Source: Gammaproteobacteria bacterium
GTDB taxonomy: Bacteria > Pseudomonadota > Gammaproteobacteria > QQUJ01
DNA: 64,000 bases
Assembly (NCBI GenBank): GCA_050287605.1
Contig: JBNKCG010000037.1
Location: 5,389 to 69,388, forward strand
Direction of reading: 5' to 3'
Part shown: positions 21,213 to 32,100 of the stretch, piece after piece
Position numbering within the stretch: the stretch's first letter is position 1
How the letters are laid out: each line of letters starts with the position of its first letter
The notes under the pieces: model-generated
Databases searched by the model: none
Told to the model about the DNA's origin: nothing
The model's input: only the letters and a program-made list of their open reading frames with translations
Program-made: the position numbers and the translations under genes

Positions 21213-22880
21213 ATGGCGCAATACGTCTACACCATGAGCCGCGTCGGCAAGGTGGTACCGCCCAAACGCGAGATATTGAAAGAGATCTCGCTCTCGTTCT
21301 TCCCGGGCGCCAAGATCGGTGTCCTGGGACTCAACGGCGCCGGCAAGTCAACGCTGCTGCGCATCATGGCCGGCATCGACACCGACATTCTCGGCGAGGC
21401 CCGCCCCCAACCCGGATTGCGGATCGGCTACCTGCCCCAGGAGCCGCAGCTCGATCCCGCCAAAGATGTGCGCGGCAACGTCGAGGAGGCCGTCGCCGAA
21501 GTCAAGCAGGCGCTGCAACGCCTGGACGAGGTGTACGCAGCTTACGCCGATCCCGATGCCGATTTCGACGCCTTGGCGAAGGAGCAGGCGCAGCTGGAAA
21601 ACCTGATCCAGGCCGCCGACGGCCACAACCTGGAACGCAAGCTGGAGATCGCCGCCGACGCATTGCGGCTCCCCCCCTGGGATGCCGACGTCACCAAACT
21701 CTCAGGCGGCGAACGGCGCCGCGTCGCACTATGCCGCCTGCTGCTCTCGGCACCCGACATGCTGCTGCTCGACGAGCCTACCAACCATCTGGATGCCGAA
21801 TCGGTGGCCTGGTTGGAGCGCTTCCTGGGCGAGTTTCCCGGCACCGTGGTGGCCGTCACCCACGACCGCTATTTCCTCGACAACGTCGCCGGCTGGATTC
21901 TCGAACTGGATCGAGGCCACGGCATTCCCTGGCAGGGCAACTACTCCTCGTGGCTGGATCAAAAGGAAAAACGCCTAGAGATGGAGGAGAAACAGCAAAG
22001 CGCCCACGTCCGCACCATGAAGAACGAGCTGGAATGGGTGCGCGCCAATCCCAAGGGCCGCCACGCCAAAAGCAAGGCGCGTTTGCAACGCTACGAAGAA
22101 CTGGCATCGCAAGAGTTTCAGAAACGCAACGAGACCCAGGAGATCTATATCCCGCCCGGTCCGCGGCTCGGCGACCTGGTCATCGAAGCCGAGGGGCTAA
22201 CCAAGGCCTATGGCGACCAGGTGCTTTACGATCAACTCAGTTTCTCCGTCCCAAAAGGGGCCATCGTGGGCATCATCGGGCCCAACGGCGCGGGCAAGTC
22301 GACTCTGTTCCGACTGATCACCGGTCAGGAGCAACCCGACAGCGGCACGTTGCGGGTCGGCGAAAGCGTGCAGATCGCCTACGTCGATCAATCGCGTGAC
22401 TCTCTCGACGCTGCCAAAACCGTCTGGGAAGAGATCTCCGACGGACAGGACATCATCACCGTCAACAACTACCAGCTCCAGTCGCGCAGTTACGTGGGAC
22501 GCTTCAATTTCAAGGGCACCGACCAGCAGAAGCGCGTCGGCGATCTCTCCGGCGGGGAGCGCAACCGCGTGCATCTGGCAAAACTGTTGCGCAGCGGTGG
22601 CAACGTGTTGCTGCTCGACGAGCCGACCAACGATCTCGACGTGGAGACGCTGCGAGCGCTGGAAGAGGCGGTGCTCGCCTTCCCCGGCTGCGCGATGGTG
22701 ATCTCCCACGACCGCTGGTTTCTCGACCGCATCGCAACCCACATCCTCGCCTTCGAAGGCGACAGTCAGGTGACGTTCTTCCAGGGCAACTACACCGACT
22801 ACGAAGAGGACCGCGTGCAACGCCTGGGCGCCGAAGCTGCACAGCCGCATCGCATCAAATACAAACGACTGGAAAACTGA
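21213..22880 (+). CDS. ettA: Energy-dependent translational throttle protein EttA (ABC-F ATPase)
   Basis: 555 aa. Near-identical N-terminus to E. coli EttA ([23 protein letters not shown]). Two ABC ATPase cassettes ([18 protein letters not shown]; [18 protein letters not shown]). Confidence 0.95.
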   Translation: MAQYVYTMSRVGKVVPPKREILKEISLSFFPGAKIGVLGLNGAGKSTLLRIMAGIDTDILGEARPQPGLRIGYLPQEPQLDPAKDVRGNVEEAVAEVKQALQRLDEVYAAYADPDADFDALAKEQAQLENLIQAADGHNLERKLEIAADALRLPPWDADVTKLSGGERRRVALCRLLLSAPDMLLLDEPTNHLDAESVAWLERFLGEFPGTVVAVTHDRYFLDNVAGWILELDRGHGIPWQGNYSSWLDQKEKRLEMEEKQQSAHVRTMKNELEWVRANPKGRHAKSKARLQRYEELASQEFQKRNETQEIYIPPGPRLGDLVIEAEGLTKAYGDQVLYDQLSFSVPKGAIVGIIGPNGAGKSTLFRLITGQEQPDSGTLRVGESVQIAYVDQSRDSLDAAKTVWEEISDGQDIITVNNYQLQSRSYVGRFNFKGTDQQKRVGDLSGGERNRVHLAKLLRSGGNVLLLDEPTNDLDVETLRALEEAVLAFPGCAMVISHDRWFLDRIATHILAFEGDSQVTFFQGNYTDYEEDRVQRLGAEAAQPHRIKYKRLEN

Positions 22881-22923
22881 AGCTCCACCGCGTAGAAGTG
22901 TAATTCCGCAACAATCCGACCGG

Positions 22924-23829
22924 GTGCTTGCGATGAGCAAAAAAGAACATAAACAAAAATCGAACGGCAAACTCCAACAGATGCTGGACTCCGCGCTGTC
23001 ACTCCTGGGGCGCATCGACCGCCTGCTTCCGCAAACCGGCAGCGCACCACAGTGGGAGCATTTTATCGCGTTTCGCTGGCGGCGGCGCCACGGCCCCGGT
23101 TGGTTGGAGGGGGTCAACCACCCGCACCTACTACGGCTTGGCGATTTGCTCTGTATCGATCGTCAGAAAGAGACGATACGCCGCAACACCGAACAGTTCG
23201 TGCGCGGCACACCCGCCAACAACGTGCTGCTGTGGGGATCGCGAGGTACCGGCAAATCGTCACTCATCAAGGCGCTGCTCAACGAGTACGCCGACGCCGG
23301 GTTGCGGCTGATCGAAGTCGACAAACACGATCTGTTGGATCTGCCGGACATCGTCGACCTGGTGTGGGATCGCCCCGAGCGCTTCATGCTGTTTTGCGAC
23401 GATCTGTCGTTCGAAGCCGAAGATCCCAGCTACAAAGCGCTCAAAGCACTACTGGACGGTTCCATCAGCGCGGCGCCCGACAACCTCCTCATCTACGCCA
23501 CCTCAAACCGCCGCCACCTGCTCCCCGAATACTTCGACGAGAACCTCGAGGCGCGCAACATCGGCGGCGAGATCCATCACGGTGAAGCGGTCGAGGAGAA
23601 GATTTCGCTCTCCGACCGTTTCGGGCTCTGGGTCTCGTTCTATCCGTTCCGACAGGAGGAGTTTCTCGAGATCGTGCACTGCTGGCTGCAACGCTTCGAC
23701 GTCGACCTTGCCGACCGCGAGACGGTGGATCGCGCTGCACTACAGTGGGCGCTGTCGCGCGGTTCGCGCAGCGGGCGCACGGCGTATCAGTTCGCGCGCG
23801 ACTGGGCGGGCAGTCACCGACACGCATAG
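22924..23829 (+). CDS. AAA-type ATPase of the DUF815 family (function unknown)
   Basis: Walker A GSRGTGKSS and Walker B MLFCDDLSF. The family assignment is from memory of the DUF815 (PF05673) architecture. The start could be 22933 (MSKKEH). Confidence 0.7.
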   Translation: MLAMSKKEHKQKSNGKLQQMLDSALSLLGRIDRLLPQTGSAPQWEHFIAFRWRRRHGPGWLEGVNHPHLLRLGDLLCIDRQKETIRRNTEQFVRGTPANNVLLWGSRGTGKSSLIKALLNEYADAGLRLIEVDKHDLLDLPDIVDLVWDRPERFMLFCDDLSFEAEDPSYKALKALLDGSISAAPDNLLIYATSNRRHLLPEYFDENLEARNIGGEIHHGEAVEEKISLSDRFGLWVSFYPFRQEEFLEIVHCWLQRFDVDLADRETVDRAALQWALSRGSRSGRTAYQFARDWAGSHRHA

Positions 23830-24176
23830 CCAACTGCCGCTTACTCCACTGGATACCCGTTGTTCCGCACAATTTCAACGACACCCATCACGCTTGCAAA
23901 CAAAATGCAATCGACGGAAGTGCGCTGTTATACCGACAGTCGGCCCCCGTTTGTCACGCCCTGAGCCGAACTGAAACCGTTGCAATACCTCCTCGGTCCG
24001 TCAAGCAATCAGTCAACCCGCTAGATTTCACGCGCATCAATCAGATGCGCTTTTGTACTAAAAATTGCTGCTCGACCGGTACCCGCAGAAACCCCGCAAG
24101 AAACGCCAGCGCTATCACACTCATGTCGTGAGCGAACCTCCAAATATACGCAAAACTTAATGCCATTTCCGCCATC

Positions 24177-24210
24177 GCGTTGCGAGTGTGATTTCACACG
24201 CAACGGCGCG
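24177..24210. promoter_or_regulatory. Imperfect palindrome in the long AT-rich leader of the repeat-lipoprotein gene
   Basis: cgcgttgcgagTGTGAttTCACAcgcaacggcgcg. The inner TGTGA/TCACA arms are flanked by gttgcg/cgcaac. Lies 75-105 bp upstream of the GTG start. Confidence 0.35.
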
Positions 24211-24282
24211 CACCGCGTAGCGATACGTTGCTATCCGAACAAGCTGGATGCACTCCAGTGATGTCGGCAAGAGGATGTAGAC

Positions 24283-26148
24283 GTGATCGCCACGACCGTG
24301 CTTAGAAGTACCACCCTGGTACGCATCGCCACCGTTGTACTGAGCAGTTCGCTACTGGCGGCCTGCCTCGAAGTGGATCCCCAACCCAACAACGATGCCA
24401 AAGCGTCCGCCATCGGCGTCCCTGCGGCAGCGCCGACCGTTACCCTGGCGGCAACGCCCGATTCGATCAGTTCGGGGTCGTCGACCACCTTGTCGTGGTC
24501 GAGCAGCAACGCCACCTCCTGCGCGGCCTCGGGCGGCTGGGCGGGCGACAAGTCCACCTCGGGCAACGAAACCAGCGCGGCGCTGACCAGCACCAGCACC
24601 TTCACCCTGACCTGCAGCGGCGAAGGCGGCAGCACCAGCGAATCGGTCACCGTCGCGGTCACGCCGGCCCTCGCGCCCGAAGTCACCTTAACCGCGAATC
24701 CTGCCACCGTGGTCTACGGAAGCCGATCAACGCTGCAGTGGGATTCCACCAATGCCGACTCCTGCACGGGGTCGGGCTCGTGGTCAGGAAGCAAAGGCAA
24801 AAAGGGCAGCGATCAAACCGACGCGCTCACATCCGACAGCACCTACACGCTGACCTGCAACGGCCCAGGCGGAAAGAAATCCAAATCGGTGACGGTAACC
24901 GTTACCGATCCACCTCCCGCTGCGCCCACGCTTTCACTGGATGCCAACCCCACGTCCATCGCCTATCAGGGCAGCACCACCGTCACCTGGTCGACGACCA
25001 ACGTCACCGGCTGCTCAGCCTCCGGCGCATGGTCCGGCAGCAAGGCCGGCAGCGGCAGCCAGAGCTTCAGCTCGCTAACCAGCGACCGCACTTACACGCT
25101 GGCGTGCACGGGCGACGGCGGCTCCGTCACCCGCTCGGTCACGGTTGCCGTCGCCGCGCCCCCTGCACCGACGCTGTCGCTGAGCGCCAACCCCACTTCC
25201 GTGGACTACAACAACACGTCGACGCTGAGCTGGACGACCAGCAACGCAACGTCGTGCAGCGCTTCGGGTGGATGGAGCGGCGCCAAGAGCACCGCAGGCG
25301 CAGAAAGCGTAGGCCCGCTCACCAGCAGCGCCAGCTACACGCTGACCTGCTCGGGCACCGGCGGCAGCATCTCCCGCACGGTGGCCGTGAACGTGGTGGC
25401 GCCGGCCGCCCCCGGCGTCAGTTTCTCCGCAAGCCCCACCTCCGTCGCAGCGGGCGACAGTGCGACGTTGACCTGGTCCGCGACCGACGCCACCAGTTGC
25501 AGCGCCTCCGGGGCGTGGTCAGGCGGCAAAGCGACGTCAGGCAGCGAGTCGGTGGGCCCCATCAGCTCCACCAGCACGTACACGCTGTCGTGCACCGGCC
25601 CCGGTGGCACCACCAGCCGCAGCCGTACGGTATCGGTTGCGGCCGCGCCCAGCGTAACGCTGAGCGCCAACCCCACCTCCGTACTCTCCGGTGGATCGAC
25701 GACGTTGACCTGGTCGACCTCCGGCGCCACCAGCTGCACGGCATCCGGCGCCTGGACCGGATCCAAGTCCACCTCCGGCAACCAGACGATCGCTTCGCTG
25801 ACCAGCGACAGCACCTTCACCCTTGCCTGCACGGGGACGGGAGGCACCACGACGCGCTCGGCGACCGTCACCATTACCACCGCCTCTGCACGCTCGGTGC
25901 AAATCTCCTGGGATGCACCCACCACGCGTGCCGACGGGTCAACTCTCACCAACCTGGCGGGTTTTCACATCCACTACGGAACCGCATCGGGCAACTACAC
26001 GCAGGTGATCAACGTGGATAATCCCAGCCTAGCGAGTTACACCATCGACAACCTGACGAACGGCACCTACTACTTCTCAGTCACGGCCTATGACACGGAT
26101 GCCTTGGAGAGCGATTTCTCCCTCGAGGTGAGCACGACGCTGAATTGA
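24283..26148 (+). CDS. Secreted lipoprotein with six tandem two-cysteine beta-sandwich repeats and a C-terminal fibronectin type III domain
   Basis: GTG start with RBS aagagga 7 nt upstream. Signal peptide with lipobox LAAC. Six repeats of about 76-82 aa with the consensus L.ANPTSV..G.STTL.WST.NATSC.ASGAWSGSK..SG..S...LTS..TYTL.CTG.GG...RSVTV.V. C-terminal FN3-like domain (VQISWDAPT...YYFSVTAYD). Confidence 0.8.
   Translation: MIATTVLRSTTLVRIATVVLSSSLLAACLEVDPQPNNDAKASAIGVPAAAPTVTLAATPDSISSGSSTTLSWSSSNATSCAASGGWAGDKSTSGNETSAALTSTSTFTLTCSGEGGSTSESVTVAVTPALAPEVTLTANPATVVYGSRSTLQWDSTNADSCTGSGSWSGSKGKKGSDQTDALTSDSTYTLTCNGPGGKKSKSVTVTVTDPPPAAPTLSLDANPTSIAYQGSTTVTWSTTNVTGCSASGAWSGSKAGSGSQSFSSLTSDRTYTLACTGDGGSVTRSVTVAVAAPPAPTLSLSANPTSVDYNNTSTLSWTTSNATSCSASGGWSGAKSTAGAESVGPLTSSASYTLTCSGTGGSISRTVAVNVVAPAAPGVSFSASPTSVAAGDSATLTWSATDATSCSASGAWSGGKATSGSESVGPISSTSTYTLSCTGPGGTTSRSRTVSVAAAPSVTLSANPTSVLSGGSTTLTWSTSGATSCTASGAWTGSKSTSGNQTIASLTSDSTFTLACTGTGGTTTRSATVTITTASARSVQISWDAPTTRADGSTLTNLAGFHIHYGTASGNYTQVINVDNPSLASYTIDNLTNGTYYFSVTAYDTDALESDFSLEVSTTLN
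24436..25899 (+). repeat. Six in-frame tandem repeats of about 225-250 bp (diverged), encoding the repeat domains of the lipoprotein
   Basis: Periodicity visible in the translation. The opposite-strand and other-frame ORFs across this block (for example 25335..25952) are artefacts of the repeats. Confidence 0.75.
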
Positions 26149-26156
26149 CGGATCAC

Positions 26157-26795
26157 TCATCCGCGCTGTTGCGAATGGGAGGCCGGAGGCGGGGCGAACA
26201 GATTCGCTCCGCCTCTCAGCAGGCGATACCCCAACAGCAACGCGAGGATGACGGCGTAGATCAGCGGTTCGCGCAAGTCCGCCTTCACCAGCCACAGAAA
26301 ATGCACGACCCCGCCCACCGCGGTCGCATAGACCAAACGATGCAGCCGTTGCCAACGCTTTCCCCCCAGGCGACGCATCATCGTATTGGTGGATGTCACC
26401 GCCAGGGGAATCAGAAGCACGAAGCTCGTGAATCCGATAGTGATGTAGGGGCGCTCAGCGATGTCGTCGACGATGTGCTCCCAGGCGAAAAACTGATCGA
26501 GCACGAGATAGGTCGCGAAATGCAGCAGCGCATAGAAAAACGCGAACAGCCCGAGCATGCGGCGAAAGCGCATCACCCACGTCCAGCCGCAGAGACTCCT
26601 GAGCGGCGACACCGCCAGCGTGAGAAGCAGCATCCTGAGCGTCCAATCGCCGGTAAAACGGGTGATCGCTTCAATAGGATTGGCGCCCAATCGATCCGCC
26701 AGCCCCTTCCATAGCAACCACCCAAACGGCACCAGCGCCAACGCGAACAGCAGCGGCTTTCCCACCCGGTTGATGCGTTGCTGCATCGTCAGCAT
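26157..26795 (-). CDS. msrQ: Protein-methionine-sulfoxide reductase heme-binding subunit MsrQ (YedZ)
   Basis: 212 aa. Six TM helices with conserved His residues. Located immediately downstream of msrP. Confidence 0.85.
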   Translation of the reverse strand: MLTMQQRINRVGKPLLFALALVPFGWLLWKGLADRLGANPIEAITRFTGDWTLRMLLLTLAVSPLRSLCGWTWVMRFRRMLGLFAFFYALLHFATYLVLDQFFAWEHIVDDIAERPYITIGFTSFVLLIPLAVTSTNTMMRRLGGKRWQRLHRLVYATAVGGVVHFLWLVKADLREPLIYAVILALLLGYRLLRGGANLFAPPPASHSQQRG

Positions 26796-26829
26796 GACGC
26801 GTTGGGCAACAGCGTTTCGCGATCCGGCA

Positions 26830-27780
26830 TCAGAAAAACTTCCTTAAATCCATCGCGCTGTAGAGCGACGCCACCTGCTCGGCGTAGCCGTTGAAGGGCA
26901 ACGTATCGCGTTTGAAGAACTCACCCAGCCGTCGCTCCCGTTTCTGGCTCCAGCGCGGATGATCCACCGCGGGATTGACGTTGGAATAGAACCCGTACTC
27001 ATGCGGAGCCACCCGGTTCCAGGCAGTCTGCGGCTGCTGTTCGCTGAAGCGAATCTTGACGATGGACTTGATACTCTTGAATCCGTATTTCCACGGTACC
27101 ACCAACCGCAACGGTGCTCCGTTCTGATTGGGCAATACCTCGCCGTACATTCCCACCGCCACAAACGCCAGCGGATGCATCGCCTCATCGATGCGCAGCC
27201 CCTCGCGATACGGCCAGTCGAGCACCGACCGCAGCTGACCCGGCATCTGCTTGGGATCGAACAGGGTTTCGAACTCGACGTACTTGGCCGCCGAGGTGGG
27301 TCGGAAACGTTTGAGCAGCGTCGCCAGCGGAAACCCCACCCATGGCACCACCATCGACCATGCCTCCACACAGCGGAATCGATAGATACGCTCCTCGTAC
27401 TGCATATTGGCGAGCAAATCGTCGACGGCGAAGCTCCCGGTCGTTTCCGCCTCGCCTTCGACCGTGACGGTCCACGGCCGTGTTTTCAGCAGGTGCGCCA
27501 GTTGCACGGGATCGTCTTTGCCGGTACCGAATTCGTAGAAGTTGTTGTAACTGGTGGCGGCGAGTTTCTTGGTCACCTCTTCATCGGTGGAATACGCGGG
27601 ATTGGGCGTGAACTCCAGCGCCGCCCCTTGCGCCTCCGCGGCGAGCAGCAGCGCGGGTGCCGGCATCAGGGTGCCAATGGCGGCCAACGCCGAGGTGCGC
27701 AGGAATTCCCGCCGGGCGGCATACACGTCGGGTGGCGTGATCTCAGAGGGACTGATGTCGCCAGGGGTCTTTATCAACAT
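26830..27780 (-). CDS. msrP: Protein-methionine-sulfoxide reductase catalytic subunit MsrP (YedY, molybdopterin)
   Basis: Twin-arginine signal ([16 protein letters not shown]). Sulfite-oxidase-family Mo domain. 34-nt gap to msrQ. Confidence 0.9.
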   Translation of the reverse strand: MLIKTPGDISPSEITPPDVYAARREFLRTSALAAIGTLMPAPALLLAAEAQGAALEFTPNPAYSTDEEVTKKLAATSYNNFYEFGTGKDDPVQLAHLLKTRPWTVTVEGEAETTGSFAVDDLLANMQYEERIYRFRCVEAWSMVVPWVGFPLATLLKRFRPTSAAKYVEFETLFDPKQMPGQLRSVLDWPYREGLRIDEAMHPLAFVAVGMYGEVLPNQNGAPLRLVVPWKYGFKSIKSIVKIRFSEQQPQTAWNRVAPHEYGFYSNVNPAVDHPRWSQKRERRLGEFFKRDTLPFNGYAEQVASLYSAMDLRKFF

Positions 27781-28015
27781 GAACGCGCTCCTGTGGCCGG
27801 TGGGTAAACATCGCCGTATCTGAGGATCAGCTTATCCAGTCAAGCGCACCGCAATCCTCACGTAAAGTTCACAATATCGCCGCACCGGCGATCTTCACGC
27901 TCCCCACGGGTGGCGCTTCGCCGAAAACGCGCGCCGTGGAATCTGTCTCCCCGTGCGCACGGCTGGTGTACGCTTGCGGGAAATTCATCACTGGCTGTGA
28001 CAAAGGACCAAATCC

Positions 28016-28825
28016 ATGAGAATCGTGCGCTTTTGCGACTCTGGCGGTACCGTGAACCTGGGTGAGGATCTGGGTGACGGGAACGCACGTCTGCTTTCGG
28101 GATCGCTCTTTTCAGGCTTGTCGAGCACCGACACCGTTGTTGCCATCGGCAAGCGACTCGCGCCACTGGAACCCACCAATATCTTCTGCATCGGCAAGAA
28201 TTACGTGGCGCATGCGCAGGAGATGGGTTCCGAGGCGCCGGAAATGCCCATCGTTTTCATGAAGCCCACATCGGCGCTCAACCACCCCGACGCGCCCGTC
28301 GCCATCCCGGCGGCGTGCACGCATGGCCCCGAGGTGGACTACGAAGCGGAACTGGTGGCGGTAATCGGCAAGGCGGCGCGCAACGTGCCGCGCGAGCGGG
28401 CACTCGACTACGTGCTGGGCTACACCTGCGCCAACGACGTCTCGGCGCGCTGGTGGCAGAAGCAAGGCAGCGGCGGACAATGGATACGCGGCAAGGGCTT
28501 CGACGGGTTCTGCCCCCTAGGGCCGGTGCTGGTCACCGTCGACGAGATCCCCGACCCGCAAAACCTCACTGTACGCTTTCGGCTCAACGGCGAGCTGCTG
28601 CAGGACGGCCACACCCGCCAGATGATGTTTCCAGTGGACTACCTGATCGCCGAGCTGAGTCGCGACCTCACGCTGCTGCCCGGCACCGTCATTCTCACCG
28701 GCACGCCGTCCGGGGTGGGTGCCGCCCGCGACCCGCAGGTGTTTCTGAAACCGGGCGACCGCATGGAGACCGAGGTCGAGGGCATCGGTACGCTGGTCAA
28801 CCACGTGGTCGCGGCGCAGGGCTAA
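28016..28825 (+). CDS. Fumarylacetoacetate hydrolase (FAH) family protein
   Basis: 269 aa. FCIGKNYVAHAQEMG...DYEAELVAVIGK...GTPSGVG is a FAH-fold signature. Confidence 0.85.
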   Translation: MRIVRFCDSGGTVNLGEDLGDGNARLLSGSLFSGLSSTDTVVAIGKRLAPLEPTNIFCIGKNYVAHAQEMGSEAPEMPIVFMKPTSALNHPDAPVAIPAACTHGPEVDYEAELVAVIGKAARNVPRERALDYVLGYTCANDVSARWWQKQGSGGQWIRGKGFDGFCPLGPVLVTVDEIPDPQNLTVRFRLNGELLQDGHTRQMMFPVDYLIAELSRDLTLLPGTVILTGTPSGVGAARDPQVFLKPGDRMETEVEGIGTLVNHVVAAQG

Positions 28826-28858
28826 TCCGAGCGCGCTCGGAGGGGACGACAAAAAGAA

Positions 28859-28889
28859 GGGGTGCCGGTGAGGCACCCCAAGATTTTTC
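28859..28889 (+). terminator. Rho-independent terminator (potentially bidirectional) after the FAH gene
   Basis: ggggtgcc-ggtga-ggcacccc followed by aagatttttcgg. The reverse complement is followed by ttcttttt. Confidence 0.5.
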
Positions 28890-29050
28890 GGAGAACCGTC
28901 GCGCAGAGGAGGAGCGAGAGGCAATCGAGATAATGACGGTTCACCCGCTTATCACAGTGCATCGCGCGTGCCAAAAATAAAAAATCTATAACTATTATAA
29001 AGTTACCCGAATATTACCGCGACGACGGCCGTAAACAAGTGCCAATGCGG

Positions 29051-29075
29051 GCAAAAAACGGCAGATACCTGCCGC
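29051..29075 (-). terminator. Rho-independent terminator downstream of purL
   Basis: On the minus strand: cggcag-gtat-ctgccg followed by tttttt. Located 30-50 nt after the purL stop. Confidence 0.55.
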
Positions 29076-29103
29076 TGCGCGTCACATTTTCGTCACACCT
29101 CGT

Positions 29104-32100
29104 TCAACCGAGGTAGGCGCGCGCATTGCGAAACAGACGCATCCACGGGCCGTCGGCCCCCCACTCGGCGGGATGCCACGAGTTTTGCACGGTGCGGAAC
29201 ACCCTTTCCGGGTGCGGCATCATGATGGTGAAGCGTCCATCGGGCGTGGTGAGTCCGGTAATCCCGGCCCCCGATCCGTTGGGGTTGGCCGGGTAGGCCT
29301 CGGTGGGCTCTCCACGGTTGTCCACAAAGCGCAGCGCCACCAGGCGTTGGTCCAGCAACTGCTGCGGATCAACGTCCGCAGCGAACTCGGCGCGCCCCTC
29401 GCCGTGGGCCACCGCGATGGGCATGCGCGAACCGGCCATCCCGGAGAGGAACAGCGACGGCGAGTCCAGGACCTCGACCAGCGAGAAGCGCGCCTCGAAC
29501 TGTTCGGATTCGTTGCGCACGAAATGGGGCCACTGCTCGCTGCCCGGAATCAGCTCGTGGAGATTGGAGAGCATCTGACACCCGTTGCACACACCGAGGC
29601 CAAAGGTATCGGGACGGGCGAAAAAGGCGGCGAATTCGTCGCGCGCGCGGGCGTTGAAGAGGATCGACTTGGCCCACCCCTCGCCCGCGCCCAGCACGTC
29701 GCCGTAGGAGAACCCACCGCAGGCGGCAATACCGTGAAAATCGCCCAGCACTTGGCGCCCGGCAATGACATCGCTCATGTGCACGTCGACGGCCGTGAAA
29801 CCCGCCTGATCGAAGGCTGCGGCCATCTCGACCTGACCGTTCACCCCCTGCTCGCGCAGGATGGCGACACGCGGACGCGCGCCACCGGCGACGTAGGGAG
29901 CCGCCACGTCCTCACTGGGATCGAAACTGAGGGCGACGTTGAGACCGGGATCATCGGCATCCAGCAGCCGGTCGTACTCCTGTTGCGCACAACGCGGATT
30001 GTCGCGCAGCGCCTGCAAATGGAAGGTCGTTTGCGACCACAGGCGATGCAGGTCCTGGCGCGCCTCGTCCAGCAACGTGCGTCGCTCGTGGCGGACACGC
30101 AGGCGCCCCTCGCCGTTGAGGGCACCGATGACGTGGCTGTACTTGCCGAGCCCGGCATCCTGCAACCACTTGATCACGGCATCGGCATCGCAGTGGCGCA
30201 CCTGCAGGACGGCGCCCAACTCCTCGCAGAACAGTGCGGCAACCGGATCATCGCCCAGGTCGTCCAGATCCACGTCGACACCGCAGCGGCCCGCAAACAT
30301 CATCTCGCACAGCGCAGCCAGCAGCCCGCCGTCGGAACGGTCGTGGTAGGCCAGCAGCAGTTGCTCGCGAGCCAAGTCCCGCACCGCCTGGAAGAACGCC
30401 TTGAAGGCCTGGGGATGATCCAGATCGGGCGCGCGGTGCCCCACCTGCTTGTAGACCTGGGCCAGCGCCGAGCCGCCCAGGCGGTTGGCGCCGCGCCCCA
30501 GGTCGATGAGGATGAGATCGGTATCGCCCAGATCGGTGCGTAGCTGCGGCGTCAGCGTGCGCCGCACATCCTGCACCGGCGCGAACGCCGAGACGATGAG
30601 CGACAGCGGCGCGGTCACCGCCTTGGGTTCGCCCTGCTCATCCCAGACGGTCTTCATGGACATGGAATCCTTGCCCACGGGGATGGCGATCCCCAAGGCC
30701 GGGCACAGCTCCAACCCCACCGCCTTGACCGTATCGAACAGCGCGGCATCCTCCCCCGGATGCCCGGCCGGTGCCATCCAGTTGGCCGAGAGGCACGCCT
30801 CCTCAATGCGGCTCACGTCGGCCGCTACGAGATTGGTCAGCGCCTCGCCGATGGCCATGCGCCCTGAGGCCGCCGGGTGCACCAAGGCAACGGGGGTACG
30901 CTCGCCCATGGCCATCGCCTCGCCGGCGCAGGTGCGGTATCCGCTGGCGGTCACCGCCACGTCGGCCACCGGCACCTGCCACGGCCCCACCATCTGGTCG
31001 CGCGTCACCAGACCGGTGACGGTGCGATCGCCGATGGTGATCAGAAAGGTCTTGTCCGCCACCGTGGGCAGGCGCAGCACGCGACGCACCGCATCGCCGA
31101 TATCGATCCCTGCCGTCTCGAATTCCGGTTTGGGATGGGGGTGGTGATTGACGTCGCGCAACATTTTGGGCGGCTTGCCCAGCAGCACCTCCATGGGAAT
31201 GTCGATGGGGGTGTTGTCGAAGTGGGCGTCGCCCACCACCAACTGGCGCTCTTCCGTGGCCTCGCCCACCACCGCGTAGGGGCAACGTTCGCGCTCGCAC
31301 AGCGCCTCGAACTCCGCCAGGCGCTCACGTTCGACGGCCAGCACGTAGCGCTCCTGCGCCTCGTTGCACCAGATCTCCTTGGGCGACATGCCCGGCTCAT
31401 CGTTGGGGATGGTGCGCAGCTCCATACGCCCGCCGCGGGCACTGTCGTTGAGCAACTCCGGCAGCGCATTGGAGAGTCCGCCCGCCCCCACGTCGTGAAT
31501 GGAGAGGATGGGATTGGCGCCACCCAGCGCCCAGCAGCGGTCGATCACCTCCTGGCAACGGCGCTGGATTTCGGGATTGCCACGTTGCACGGAAGCGAAG
31601 TCGAGATTCTCCGCACTGGCTCCGCTGGCCACCGACGAGGCGGCCCCGCCACCCAGGCCGATGAGCATGGCCGGTCCGCCCAACACGATGAGGGGCGTAC
31701 CCGGTGGAATCTCGCGCTTGGCCACATGGTCGGCCCGGATATTGCCCAGCCCCCCGGCGATCATGATGGGCTTGTGATAGCCGCGCACCTCGGGGCCCTG
31801 CGGCCCGGGCACCTGCTCTTCGAAGGTGCGGAAATAGCCGCACAGGTTGGGACGACCGAATTCATTGTTGAAGGCAGCGCCGCCGATGGGTCCCTCCAGC
31901 ATGATCTCCAGCGCGCTGGAGATACGCTCCGGCTTGCCGTAGTGCCCCTCCCAAGGCAGTTCGGAACCGGGAATGCGCAGATTGGAGACGGAGAAACCTG
32001 TCAGTCCCGCCTTGGGTTTGGAGCCGCGCCCGGTGGCACCCTCGTCGCGGATCTCCCCTCCCGAACCCGTGGCCGCGCCGGGAAACGGCGAGATGGCGGT

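Noticed and set aside
24187-24198. TGTGA..TCACA as a CRP site
   Set aside because: Half-sites are separated by 2 bp rather than 6 bp. Treated only as a generic palindrome.
24436-25899. Possible CRISPR array (regular repeats)
   Set aside because: Repeat unit is about 230 bp, coding, in-frame and diverged. There are no short identical repeats with unique spacers anywhere in the window.
25335-25952. 205-aa minus-strand ORF and other-frame ORFs (24495..26021) inside the repeat lipoprotein gene
   Set aside because: Artefacts of the in-frame tandem repeats. The plus-strand frame has a signal peptide, lipobox and FN3 domain.
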